From Thermodesulfovibrionales bacterium (GTDB lineage Bacteria; Nitrospirota; Thermodesulfovibrionia; Thermodesulfovibrionales; SM23-35), in assembly GCA_963715195.1 (NCBI GenBank), contig CAVQRT010000003.1:32001-96000 (forward strand): a stretch of 64,000 bases of DNA. The letters are read 5' to 3'. Below, one piece after another: positions 1 through 9,321 of this stretch; the first letter of the stretch is position 1, and the number at the start of each line of letters is the position of its first letter. The position numbers and the translations under genes are program-made. The notes under the pieces were generated by a model. The model did no database searches. It had not been told where the DNA came from and saw only the letters and a program-made list of their open reading frames with translations.

Positions 1-879
1 AGCATACTCCCTTTTCTTTTTCAGAAACCGTATGAACCCGTATATCGTTATCAATCCGGCAAGGACAAAGAGTATGGTATAGAGATGGCTGCTCAGGTAT
101 GAAAACCACGAATACGTTCCTCTGAGATGTTCCTGCCACATCTGTTCAAGCTCAGGCAGACCGACCGAAAGGCTTTTCTGCAATGATTGTTCTGCCGGAT
201 AACCCTCCCGTGCGTAGGCAAGTATGCGTAAAATACTGTCATGTCCGTAACGGCTATTGATATATTCGATGAGGCTTTTGCTCTGTTCATATGCAAGGAC
301 AAGGGACGCCTCATCCTTTGGGAATGTTTCGAGATCCTTTATTCTCATAACGGTATCCGCCGTGATCGCCCTTGCCAGTGCGCTGCCTCCGTTCGTCGCC
401 AGTAACTCTGAAATACCGCCGCTTGCCCACTGGCAAATACCTTCATCAAGCCACCGGGGCAGATTCCTGTTTGCAATCGAATGGTGCAGAAGAAGATGAC
501 ACATCTCATGCTTCAGTGTTGTCTCAAGGGTAAAAGGTTTTGAGTAGACCCTCGATGCATCCAGAACGATCAGGTACCTCCGGGGAACAGCATACGCAAG
601 AAAGATCTCACTGCCTGCAGCCCTTACAAAAGCATCCCTGTCTCTGATCAGGACTATTTGCGGCTTGAAATTCGTTTCCCATGAAAGAGATTTTTTAAGC
701 GCATCCTTGACGTCAGGAAACATCTTCATCACCTCTTCAGCCATGGCAAGAGAATCACCCTCATAGAAAACTTCAAGTTCAGATGTTTGCAGGGATTTGT
801 GGGCAGCCGGGAGGGACTGAGGAGGGAAAAAGCACAGCCATAGAAAGAGGAAAATGAAGAATGTTCTGCAGTTCATCAT
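1..879 (-). CDS. Peptidase MA-superfamily zinc metallopeptidase, exported/membrane-anchored (runs off window start)
   Basis: Read by hand, absent from the ORF track. ATG at 879/876, hydrophobic N-terminus (MNCRTFFIFLFLWLCFF), HExxH motif TLKHEMCHLLLH then LPRWLDEG. Frame reaches position 1 without a stop. Confidence 0.8.
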   Translation of the reverse strand, partial: MMNCRTFFIFLFLWLCFFPPQSLPAAHKSLQTSELEVFYEGDSLAMAEEVMKMFPDVKDALKKSLSWETNFKPQIVLIRDRDAFVRAAGSEIFLAYAVPRRYLIVLDASRVYSKPFTLETTLKHEMCHLLLHHSIANRNLPRWLDEGICQWASGGISELLATNGGSALARAITADTVMRIKDLETFPKDEASLVLAYEQSKSLIEYINSRYGHDSILRILAYAREGYPAEQSLQKSLSVGLPELEQMWQEHLRGTYSWFSYLSSHLYTILFVLAGLITIYGFIRFLKKKREYA

Positions 880-915
880 CTTCTACTATACTGTATCTGG
901 TGCAGCGAAGGCTCT

Positions 916-944
916 TTGCCGATTTATTATGCAAATGCTATAAT
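916..944 (+). promoter_or_regulatory. sigma70 promoter of nadE
   Basis: TTGCCG-N17-TATAAT, 40 nt before the nadE ATG. Confidence 0.6.
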
Positions 945-984
945 AATCGGAAATATAGGCTGATACCATACAGAGAAGAACGAG

Positions 985-2727
985 ATGAGATCGATACGAA
1001 TTGCGCTTGCACAGATCAACCCGACTGTTGGAGATCTCGAGGGTAATGTTTTCAGGATCATCGATTACCTTCAGATGGCAAAACGTCTTCAAGCCGATCT
1101 TGTTGCATTTCCGGAACTTGCGGTTACCGGATATCCACCTGAAGACCTCCTGCTAAAATCGCAGTTTATTAATGACAATCTTCAGGCCCTGAAAAAGATA
1201 CAGGTGGTCGCTTCTGACATTACCGCCATTGTCGGCTTCGTCGACAGGAAAAAGGCACTCTATAATGCGGCTGCCCTCATACACGATGGCCACATCATCG
1301 ATGTATATCACAAGGTGTTCCTCCCGAATTACGGGGTATTCGATGAATACCGCTATTTCCAGGCCGGTGCACGGTATCCCATATACTGCGTAGGAGGTGT
1401 TTGGATCGGAGTGAATATCTGTGAAGACATCTGGTATCCTGAAGGCCCGGCCCGTCCGCAGTCTCGGGCTGGTGCCGAGATGATCATCAATATCAATGCC
1501 TCACCGTATCACATCGGAAAAGGAAAACAAAGAGAGGAAATGCTGACGGGACGGGCGTCCGAAAATATGGTTGCCCTTGCCTACCTGAATACCGTTGGCG
1601 GACAGGACGAACTGGTATTCGACGGCTGCAGTCTGATCATTGACCCGGACGGAAACATCCTCAGCCGCGGAAAGCAGTTCCAGGAAGACTTGATTGTTGC
1701 CGACCTCTCTTTTGAGGACGAGATGATGAAACGGCGCCGGGCTTTCCGTAAGCAGCAGAAAATGACAAAAGCAGAGAAGGGGTCTGTCGAAAAGATCATT
1801 GCCACGGAAGGAGAACTGTCGCGAAAAGAACTGCCATGCTTGCCGGCTCGCCCAGCACCCTCTTCCGCTCCGGTTGACACTATGGAAGAGGTATATGCTG
1901 CGCTCGTTCTCGGCACATCTGACTATGTCAAAAAAAATGGATTCAGGGGGGTTGTCATCGGGCTGAGCGGCGGGATCGATTCCTCACTCGTAGCCTCCGT
2001 TGCCGTCGATGCACTGGGCGCAGATAATGTGAATGGATTATTTATGCCCTCTCCATATACATCCACAGAGAGCAGCGAGGACACACTTGCCCTTGCAGCA
2101 AACCTCGGGATAATGGTGAGAGAGGTTCCGATTCACGACATCATGGACAGTTATCTCGATGCATTGAAAAAGGATTTCAGCGGCATTCCGCCGGATGTAA
2201 CCGAGGAAAACCTCCAGGCGCGGATACGCGGGAATATCCTGATGGCTTTCTCGAATAAATTCGGCTGGCTTGTTCTGACCACGGGAAACAAATCAGAAAT
2301 GAGTGTCGGGTATGCCACCCTGTATGGCGACATGGCGGGTGGTTTTGCCGTCATCAAGGATGTGCCGAAAACCATGGTATACCGGATTTGCAGGTGGAAG
2401 AACGATCATGCCGGCAGGGTCGTCATTCCGGAGCGGGTTTTCACCAAAGAGCCCTCGGCTGAACTCAAGCCGGGTCAGAAAGACACAGACATGCTCCCGC
2501 CATATCCGGTGCTTGATCCGATTTTGAAGGCCTATATAGAGGAAGACAGAACGTTTGAAGAAATATTATCCTTTGGATACGACGTGGAAGGAACCCGGAT
2601 GGTCATCCGGATGGTTGACTCGAGCGAGTACAAGAGACGCCAGTCTCCTCCGGGCATCAAAATCACGCAGAAGGCATTCGGACGGGACAGGCGTTTTCCG
2701 ATCACCAACAGATACCACGGGTTCTGA
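985..2727 (+). CDS. nadE: Glutamine-dependent NAD+ synthetase
   Basis: Nitrilase domain (FPEL, ICEDIW) plus synthetase domain (GLSGGIDS, ENLQARIRG, TTGNKSE, EYKRRQSPPG). Confidence 0.97.
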   Translation: MRSIRIALAQINPTVGDLEGNVFRIIDYLQMAKRLQADLVAFPELAVTGYPPEDLLLKSQFINDNLQALKKIQVVASDITAIVGFVDRKKALYNAAALIHDGHIIDVYHKVFLPNYGVFDEYRYFQAGARYPIYCVGGVWIGVNICEDIWYPEGPARPQSRAGAEMIININASPYHIGKGKQREEMLTGRASENMVALAYLNTVGGQDELVFDGCSLIIDPDGNILSRGKQFQEDLIVADLSFEDEMMKRRRAFRKQQKMTKAEKGSVEKIIATEGELSRKELPCLPARPAPSSAPVDTMEEVYAALVLGTSDYVKKNGFRGVVIGLSGGIDSSLVASVAVDALGADNVNGLFMPSPYTSTESSEDTLALAANLGIMVREVPIHDIMDSYLDALKKDFSGIPPDVTEENLQARIRGNILMAFSNKFGWLVLTTGNKSEMSVGYATLYGDMAGGFAVIKDVPKTMVYRICRWKNDHAGRVVIPERVFTKEPSAELKPGQKDTDMLPPYPVLDPILKAYIEEDRTFEEILSFGYDVEGTRMVIRMVDSSEYKRRQSPPGIKITQKAFGRDRRFPITNRYHGF

Positions 2728-2777
2728 ATCTCTTATACCACTGAATTATTATTCAGGAGGTATTTTGTTACTATGTT

Positions 2778-2876
2778 TGTCATTCGCGCTTGGCGGGAAT
2801 CCTTCCGATTCATTTTTAGCTCAGGGAGATAAATTGGCTTTTTTATAAGAAAGATTCTGGCCAAGCCAGAATGACA
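2778..2876. repeat. REP/RPE-like palindromic intergenic element
   Basis: Terminal inverted repeat TGTCATTC...GAATGACA with internal hairpins (ATTCTGGC-CAA-GCCAGAAT; GAATC-CTTCC-GATTC). Confidence 0.55.
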
Positions 2877-2914
2877 GGATACAGACCTTAAATAACGATA
2901 TGGTTAGAATACCA

Positions 2915-3172
2915 ATGAAGAAATTATGTATTCAATCGTTCATAACAATATGCACTGTCGTCTTTCTGTCAGATTCCGTGTTCACTATCGAAAACAAAAA
3001 TATCCAGATCAAAAAGCAGCCTGAAATCCAGCAGATAAAACCGAAGAAACCCGTAAAAATCAAACTGAAGCGAACGGCAGAGGGAAAATATACCTGGGAA
3101 CTCTCGGGGGATGACGTTAACGAGATCGTGAGGGCCGATAGAAAACTGAGAAAACTTGTGGGCGTCGAGTGA
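2915..3172 (+). CDS. Small hypothetical protein with N-terminal hydrophobic segment
   Basis: ORF 2900/2915-3172. Stop overlaps the rsmI GTG (GTGA), implying translational coupling. Confidence 0.7.
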   Translation: MKKLCIQSFITICTVVFLSDSVFTIENKNIQIKKQPEIQQIKPKKPVKIKLKRTAEGKYTWELSGDDVNEIVRADRKLRKLVGVE

Positions 3173-4017
3173 AAGGTACACTTTACATTGTATCGACCCC
3201 GATAGGGAATCTTGAGGATATCACCCTGAGGGCCCTGAGGATACTGAGCGAAGTCGATATCGTTGCGGCTGAAGACACCCGCCATTCGATAAAACTGCTC
3301 ACTCACCACGGCATTAAAAAACCTCTGATCAGCTACTGGAAGGAAAAAGAATCCGAAAGATCGGACGAGATCCTCAGGAGGCTGCACGGAGGACAATCCG
3401 TTGCCCTCATCTCTGATGCCGGCACCCCAGGCATATCAGACCCCGGTTCGGTCATTATCAATAAAGCCGTTCAGGAAAATATCCAGCTTGTTTCAGTCCC
3501 GGGACCATCCGCGTTCGTCGCAGCCCTTTCTCTGTCAGGACTGCCGGCGGAGCATTTCTCCTTTTTGGGTTTCCTTCCTGCCCGGAGAAATCAGCGGAAA
3601 AAAATCATTTCGGAATTGCGGTTCGAAGAAAAAACGCTCATATTTTATGAGGCTCCCCACAGGATCATCGGGTCACTGCAGGACATTGTTGAAATTTTCG
3701 GGGAGAGGCAAGCGGCTCTTGTCAAGGAGATTACGAAAATACATGAGCATGTGCTTCGTGGCAGTATTTCGGACATTATCGAAGAGGTGCAACAAACTGT
3801 GATAGCGGGTGAATACGTGATTATCGTCCACGGATGGTCACGAATGCACACATCGATTACGGAAGACGTGCTCACGGAACTTCACGCGTACATGAGGAAA
3901 GGCCTCGGCAGAAAGGAGGCTGTGCGGATGATTGCAGAAAAATACGGACTCAGCAAAAAGGAACTCTATAAAAAAAGTCTGGATGAAGATTTTGTACATT
4001 CCGATGAAACTCCTTGA
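3169..4017 (+). CDS. rsmI: 16S rRNA C1402 2'-O-methyltransferase
   Basis: LYIVSTPIGNLEDITLRA, AAEDTR, SDAGTPGISDPG, FYEAPHR, EITKIHE. Confidence 0.96.
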   Translation: MKGTLYIVSTPIGNLEDITLRALRILSEVDIVAAEDTRHSIKLLTHHGIKKPLISYWKEKESERSDEILRRLHGGQSVALISDAGTPGISDPGSVIINKAVQENIQLVSVPGPSAFVAALSLSGLPAEHFSFLGFLPARRNQRKKIISELRFEEKTLIFYEAPHRIIGSLQDIVEIFGERQAALVKEITKIHEHVLRGSISDIIEEVQQTVIAGEYVIIVHGWSRMHTSITEDVLTELHAYMRKGLGRKEAVRMIAEKYGLSKKELYKKSLDEDFVHSDETP

Positions 4018-4043
4018 CTTTTCCCGAGACAGAACAATACAAT
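4014..4043 (+). promoter_or_regulatory. sigma70 promoter of the response regulator-valS operon
   Basis: TTGACT-N18-TACAAT upstream of AGAGG RBS and ATG 4069. Confidence 0.5.
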
Positions 4044-4068
4044 TTTTCATTCCAGTAAAAAGAGGTGC

Positions 4069-5031
4069 ATGGTGTCCTTTAATCTCCTGCTTGCAGATGA
4101 CAGCATAACGATCCAGAAGGTTGTTGAACTCATTCTTGCTGACGAGGACTGTGAAATCAGATCCGCGAATAACGGTGAAGAGGCCCTCTCCCTTCTCACA
4201 TCTTTTCACCCGGATATCATTCTCGCTGATACAGACATGCCTGCAATCGACGGATATGCGCTCTGCGAACGGATCAAGCAGGAACCAGCAATGAACGCAA
4301 TTCCTGTCATTCTCCTGACCGGTGCCTTCGAGCCGCTCGATGAAGAGCGTGCCCGGCAGGTGAGAGCCGATGATTACCTGATAAAACCATTCGAGGCGCA
4401 GGAGCTGATACAGAAAATCAATGAGGCATTGGCAGGGAAAGCATTCCCGGTTGAGAGCGAAGTCCCCTCCGAAGCCAGCCCCCTGTACCCCGGACAACTG
4501 CCGGCAGACGACGAAATCTGGGATAATGTTGAAGAGACTCCTGAGACGGTACCGGCAACCCCGCTGACAGGGGAAGAAGAGGCGGGAGCAAGTACTGAAG
4601 AGTTAATCAGTATTGCGGAGGAGGCTGAACATGAGGTATCCCCGGGTGCTGAAATGGTGCACGAGCCGGTGAGCGAAGAAATTCCGCCTGCTGAAAAGAC
4701 AACGGGTCTTCCGGCGATGGAGCTGCTCTCAAGGGATGAACTCAGGGAACTATTCGAAAAATCATTCCGGGAAAGGCTATCGGCACTTCTCTCTTCTGCT
4801 GATCTGAAAGAAACCTTAATCGCGTCAATAACTCCTTTCATGAAGGATTCCGTCGATAAGATACTCTGGGACCTTACTCCTGAGCTTATCGAAAGAATGC
4901 TCAAAGAGATACTGAAAGGTTCGATTGAATCACTGACCACAGAGGTCCAGAAGGTTATATGGGAAACGGTGCCTGAACTCGCAGAGACAATGATCTCTCA
5001 GGAAATAGAGAGGATTAGGTCAGAATTTTAG
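4069..5031 (+). CDS. RomR-like response regulator (REC + acidic/Pro linker + helical C-terminus)
   Basis: REC domain LLADDSITIQKVVELIL...KPF; Glu/Pro-rich linker; C-terminal VIWETVPELAETMISQEIERI; no DNA-binding output domain. Confidence 0.8.
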   Translation: MVSFNLLLADDSITIQKVVELILADEDCEIRSANNGEEALSLLTSFHPDIILADTDMPAIDGYALCERIKQEPAMNAIPVILLTGAFEPLDEERARQVRADDYLIKPFEAQELIQKINEALAGKAFPVESEVPSEASPLYPGQLPADDEIWDNVEETPETVPATPLTGEEEAGASTEELISIAEEAEHEVSPGAEMVHEPVSEEIPPAEKTTGLPAMELLSRDELRELFEKSFRERLSALLSSADLKETLIASITPFMKDSVDKILWDLTPELIERMLKEILKGSIESLTTEVQKVIWETVPELAETMISQEIERIRSEF

Positions 5032-7727
5032 ACAAGGGTTTTCAACCAGAAGGCATCGAGGAGAAGTGGTATGCATACTGGATCTCGAAAGGGTATTTTA
5101 AACCGGATCCACGTTCCCAGTCTCCGTACTCCCTCGTAATTCCGCCTCCGAATGTTACCGGTTCACTCCACATGGGGCATGCCCTCAATACTGTCATGCA
5201 GGACGTCCTTGCCCGGTGGAAACGCATGTCTGGGTACGCGGTCCTGTGGGTTCCGGGCACTGACCACGCTGGCATTGCCACGCAAAATGTTGTTGAAAAA
5301 CAGCTTGCAGCCCAAGGTATCGACCGTCATCAGATTGGCCGTGAAGCCTTTATCGAACAGGTATGGAAATGGAAGGCTGAATCAGGAGGAAAAATTCTCC
5401 ACCAGCTGAAAAGGCTCGGCGCATCGTGTGACTGGTCGAGAGAGCGGTTTACCCTCGATGAAGGCCTGTCAAAAGCCGTACGCGAAGTATTTGTGCGGTT
5501 GCATGAGCAGGGACTGATATACCGGGATAACCGTCTTATCAACTGGTGTCCGCGATGTCACACAGCCCTCTCTGACCTTGAGGTGGAGCACGAAGAACTC
5601 GACGGGAAACTGACGTATATACGCTATCCCCTTTTTGATAAAAGCAGCAAACACATCACCGTCGCAACGACCCGTCCGGAGACAATGCTCGGTGACACTG
5701 CCGTGGCAGTGAATCCGTCAGATGACCGATACAGGGATGTAATCGGCAAAACGGTTGCCCTCCCTCTCACAAACAGACACATTCCGGTTATCGCAGACTC
5801 CGCGGTCGACCCTTCGTTCGGCACCGGTGCGGTCAAGGTAACCCCCGCCCATGATTTCAATGATGAGACGATCGCAAGGCGCCAGAATCCGCCCCTGCAA
5901 TTTATTACAGTCATCGGAAAAGACGGCAGGATGACTGCAGAAGCAGGTGAGCGATATGCCGGCATGGACAGATATGCGTGCCGGAAACTCGTTCACGATG
6001 ATCTCAGACAACTGCACCTGATTGCACAGGAAGAATCCCACCGGTATGCGGTCGGTCACTGTTATCGCTGCAAAACAATAACCGAACCCCTTTCAACGCC
6101 GCAGTGGTATGTTAATGTTCAATCCATGGCAAAGAATGCAATCAAAGCGGTCAGGGGAAAAAGAATCAGGATTATTCCTGACATGTGGGAAAATACCTAT
6201 TTTGCATGGATGGATGATATCAAAGACTGGTGTATCTCCCGTCAAATATGGTGGGGACACCGTATGCCCGTATGGTACTGTCAGCAAATGCTGAATGAGA
6301 GCTGCAAGGCACAGCAAGGCACTGTTATATCGAGGGTTGAGCCGCAGAGCTGTCCCTACTGTGGTTCAGAGGTGTTGATCCGGGACGAAGATGTCCTCGA
6401 CACCTGGTTCTCGTCCGCGCTCTGGCCGTTTTCCACACTCGGCTGGCCTGACCGGACCGATGACCTGAAAACCTTCTATCCGACCAGTGTACTCGTGACC
6501 GCTTTTGACATTATTTTTTTCTGGGTCGCGCGCATGATCATGATGGGCATACAATTCATGCAGGATGTGCCGTTCAGAGATGTTTACATCCATGCCATTG
6601 TGAGGGACAGCAAAGGCCAGAAGATGTCGAAATCAAAGGGAAATGTTTTGGACCCACTGATCATGATCGACAGATACGGCACGGATGCCTTCAGGTTCAC
6701 CCTCGCTGCTTTTGCTGCACAGGGAAGGGATATCAAGTTTTCCGAGGACAGGGTCGAGGGCTACCGACATTTCGTAAACAAGCTCTGGAATGCCTCGCGC
6801 TTCATCATGATGAACACCGGTCAATTTCATCCTTCAGAGCCAACAACAAAAGGTACGCCGGTGCTCTCGCTCCCCGGCAGATGGATACTGAGCAGGCTTG
6901 CCGCAGCTGCTGAGGACATGGACACCGCTCTTCGGGAGTACCGGTTTAACGACGCGGTCAGCAGCATATATCATTTCATCTGGCATGAATTCTGTGATTG
7001 GTACATCGAGATGTCCAAAATCGAACTCCCGGACAGCCGGTTGTGCGAAGGGACCCGGTGGTGCCTCCTCACGGTCCTTGATACATCCCTGAGGCTTCTT
7101 CACCCCTTCATGCCCTTTGTTACCGAAGAAATCTGGCAGAAAATCAGGGAAACCGGGGTGCAGGGAATTTACCCGCATCCGGATATTCCGGAAAGCATCA
7201 CGATCTCTGCCTATCCAAAGTCCCTTACGAGGGACTATTCTACTGAAGAGGAAATGTCCTTTATCATTGATACAGTCATGGGAATCAGAACTATCAGGGG
7301 AGAGCTGAATATCTCGCCGGCTCTCAAACTGTCTGTATCAGTCAAAACCCTTTCCAGCTCAGCAGAAACGGTATTGCGGGAGAATCTTCATTATCTGAAA
7401 ACCCTTGCAAGGGCAGACGACGTAGCGGTTGGGCCAGAGATCAAAAAACCTGATTGTTCAGCAACCGCCATAAAGGGGTCCATGGAAATCTATGTCTACC
7501 TGAAGGGTGTCTTGAATATTGCAGCTGAAATCGATAGACTTAAGAAAGAAAAGGCAAAAGTCGATAAAGACCTTGTCATGCTGAACAGCAAGCTCTTTAA
7601 TGAAGATTTTCTCGGGAAAGCGCCAAAGGAAATCATCGAAAAGGAAAAGGCAAAACACGAAGAAGTGAGCAGAATGAGAGACAAGATTACAGACAGTATA
7701 AACATGCTTAAAGAAGCGGAGGTTTAG
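5025..7727 (+). CDS. valS: Valine--tRNA ligase (true start upstream of track ORF, probably ATT at 5025)
   Basis: PPPNVTGSLHMGH, KMSKS and DWCISRQIWWGH motifs. Frame extends 5' of 5172 as LDKGFQPEGIEEKWY up to an in-frame TAG at 5016-5018. Confidence 0.95.
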   Translation: MLDKGFQPEGIEEKWYAYWISKGYFKPDPRSQSPYSLVIPPPNVTGSLHMGHALNTVMQDVLARWKRMSGYAVLWVPGTDHAGIATQNVVEKQLAAQGIDRHQIGREAFIEQVWKWKAESGGKILHQLKRLGASCDWSRERFTLDEGLSKAVREVFVRLHEQGLIYRDNRLINWCPRCHTALSDLEVEHEELDGKLTYIRYPLFDKSSKHITVATTRPETMLGDTAVAVNPSDDRYRDVIGKTVALPLTNRHIPVIADSAVDPSFGTGAVKVTPAHDFNDETIARRQNPPLQFITVIGKDGRMTAEAGERYAGMDRYACRKLVHDDLRQLHLIAQEESHRYAVGHCYRCKTITEPLSTPQWYVNVQSMAKNAIKAVRGKRIRIIPDMWENTYFAWMDDIKDWCISRQIWWGHRMPVWYCQQMLNESCKAQQGTVISRVEPQSCPYCGSEVLIRDEDVLDTWFSSALWPFSTLGWPDRTDDLKTFYPTSVLVTAFDIIFFWVARMIMMGIQFMQDVPFRDVYIHAIVRDSKGQKMSKSKGNVLDPLIMIDRYGTDAFRFTLAAFAAQGRDIKFSEDRVEGYRHFVNKLWNASRFIMMNTGQFHPSEPTTKGTPVLSLPGRWILSRLAAAAEDMDTALREYRFNDAVSSIYHFIWHEFCDWYIEMSKIELPDSRLCEGTRWCLLTVLDTSLRLLHPFMPFVTEEIWQKIRETGVQGIYPHPDIPESITISAYPKSLTRDYSTEEEMSFIIDTVMGIRTIRGELNISPALKLSVSVKTLSSSAETVLRENLHYLKTLARADDVAVGPEIKKPDCSATAIKGSMEIYVYLKGVLNIAAEIDRLKKEKAKVDKDLVMLNSKLFNEDFLGKAPKEIIEKEKAKHEEVSRMRDKITDSINMLKEAEV

Positions 7728-7728
7728 A

Positions 7729-8214
7729 ATGCAGAGAGAGGGGATGGAACTCGAGAAAAGTGACATAGAGTTAATCGAAGGTGAATTTATTACCATTAAA
7801 CAGAGTACTGTTCGGTCTGTTGAAGGAGGGCACATCGAACTTCAGCAGGTCGGAGCGTTGAGTATAGACGGAGAAAAAATTGAGGTAACACAGGGGGCTT
7901 CAGGTATCCTGAAGGGAAATGATGTGAGTCTGAACCAAAGTATAAGCGCTGTTACTGCCGCAGACAATGTGGCGGTAAATTTTTCTTTCTCCCCCGTTAC
8001 CATCTCACGGGAACAGATGACCATAAATCGGTCGGCTGTCGGGATGATGGCTGCCCGTGAAATAAACTCGGAGAATACTTCCGCATTTCTCGTTGTCGCA
8101 AATAAAGTTGAAGGAAATATCACAACACTCCTGGACTGGCGTTCTTCACTAGCCCTGGCTGCCGTCTTCGGAGGCCTGTGGGGCCTCTTTTCCGTCTTGT
8201 TCAAACGGAAATGA
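7729..8214 (+). CDS. Hypothetical protein, ~15-residue periodic beta-solenoid-like body with C-terminal TM helix
   Basis: Tightly coupled between valS and nadC; repeat periodicity; terminal SLALAAVFGGLWGLFSVLFKRK. Confidence 0.7.
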   Translation: MQREGMELEKSDIELIEGEFITIKQSTVRSVEGGHIELQQVGALSIDGEKIEVTQGASGILKGNDVSLNQSISAVTAADNVAVNFSFSPVTISREQMTINRSAVGMMAAREINSENTSAFLVVANKVEGNITTLLDWRSSLALAAVFGGLWGLFSVLFKRK

Positions 8215-9053
8215 CCTCATCCATTATCCCCTCAGGTGTTCTCGAAAGCATACGCCGGGCACTTGAAGAAGATATCGGACCAGGGGATATTACAACCTCA
8301 CTCCTGATTCCCGATGAGGACATTTCCAGGGCACAATTCATTGCAAAAGACACCTTCATTCTTGCGGGAATCCCGTTTGCACGGGAGGTTTTTCGCATCC
8401 TCAGCCCCGCGGTGGAATGGATGTCCTTTTTTGATGATGGCGACAAAATCAGGAAAGGCGATGTAATCGCCGAGATTTCAGGTACAACCAGCGTCATCCT
8501 CACCGGTGAGAGAGTAAGCCTTAATATTCTGCAGCGGCTCTCAGGGATAGCGACTCTCACCAACAGGTATGTGGAAAGAATACAGGGGCTGAAAGCGCGA
8601 ATTGCGGATACGAGAAAGACCGTCCCCGGAATGCGTTTCATGGAGAAATACGCTGTGAGAAAAGGCGGCGGGTACAACCACAGATTCGGACTCTTTGACG
8701 GAATTCTCATCAAAAATAATCACCTTGCAGCTGTAGGCAGTATTTCAGAAGCTGTCAAACGTGCAAAACAAGCACATCACCTCGCAAGGATTGAAGTTGA
8801 GGTAGAGAACCTTCACGATCTTATCCAGGCCGTTGAATCCGGTGCAGATATCGTCATGCTTGATAACATGTCCGTCAGCGACATGAGCAAGGCTGTCCAG
8901 ATTGCGCAGGGAAAGGTTTTACTGGAGGCATCAGGCGGGATCAACCTCGATAACGTGAGGGAGATCGCGAGTACCGGCGTGGATATCATTTCTGTCGGCG
9001 CACTGACCCATTCTGCTTCCGCAGTTGACATCAGTATGCAATTAGTCAAATAA
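8211..9053 (+). CDS. nadC: Nicotinate-nucleotide pyrophosphorylase (quinolinate phosphoribosyltransferase)
   Basis: ALEEDIGPGDITT, DTRKT, NHRFGLFD, EVEVE, MLDNM, EASGGI. ATG 8211 overlaps the upstream stop. Confidence 0.96.
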   Translation: MTSSIIPSGVLESIRRALEEDIGPGDITTSLLIPDEDISRAQFIAKDTFILAGIPFAREVFRILSPAVEWMSFFDDGDKIRKGDVIAEISGTTSVILTGERVSLNILQRLSGIATLTNRYVERIQGLKARIADTRKTVPGMRFMEKYAVRKGGGYNHRFGLFDGILIKNNHLAAVGSISEAVKRAKQAHHLARIEVEVENLHDLIQAVESGADIVMLDNMSVSDMSKAVQIAQGKVLLEASGGINLDNVREIASTGVDIISVGALTHSASAVDISMQLVK

Positions 9054-9117
9054 TCTGATACATTGAAAATAATTTCGTCCGATACATTCATAAACAGCAC
9101 TAACCAAGGAGCCGCAT

Positions 9118-9300
9118 ATGACAGTAAAGCAAATAAAGGAAATTGCCCGGCAAAAGCAGATCAAAGTCGGCAACATGAAAAAAGAAAATATCATCAGGGC
9201 AATACAAAGGGCGGAGGGAAACTTCGACTGTTTTGGGACCGCTGCTGCAGGCATCTGCAATCAGGTGAACTGCCTCTGGAGAGAAGACTGCCTTAAATAA
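9118..9300 (+). CDS. Small SAP/Rho-N-like protein with Cys cluster
   Basis: AAGGAG RBS; MTVKQIKEIAR...IIRAIQRAEGNFDCFGTA...CNQVNCLWREDC. Confidence 0.8.
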   Translation: MTVKQIKEIARQKQIKVGNMKKENIIRAIQRAEGNFDCFGTAAAGICNQVNCLWREDCLK

Positions 9301-9321
9301 CAGATACCGCCCGTTTCTTGC

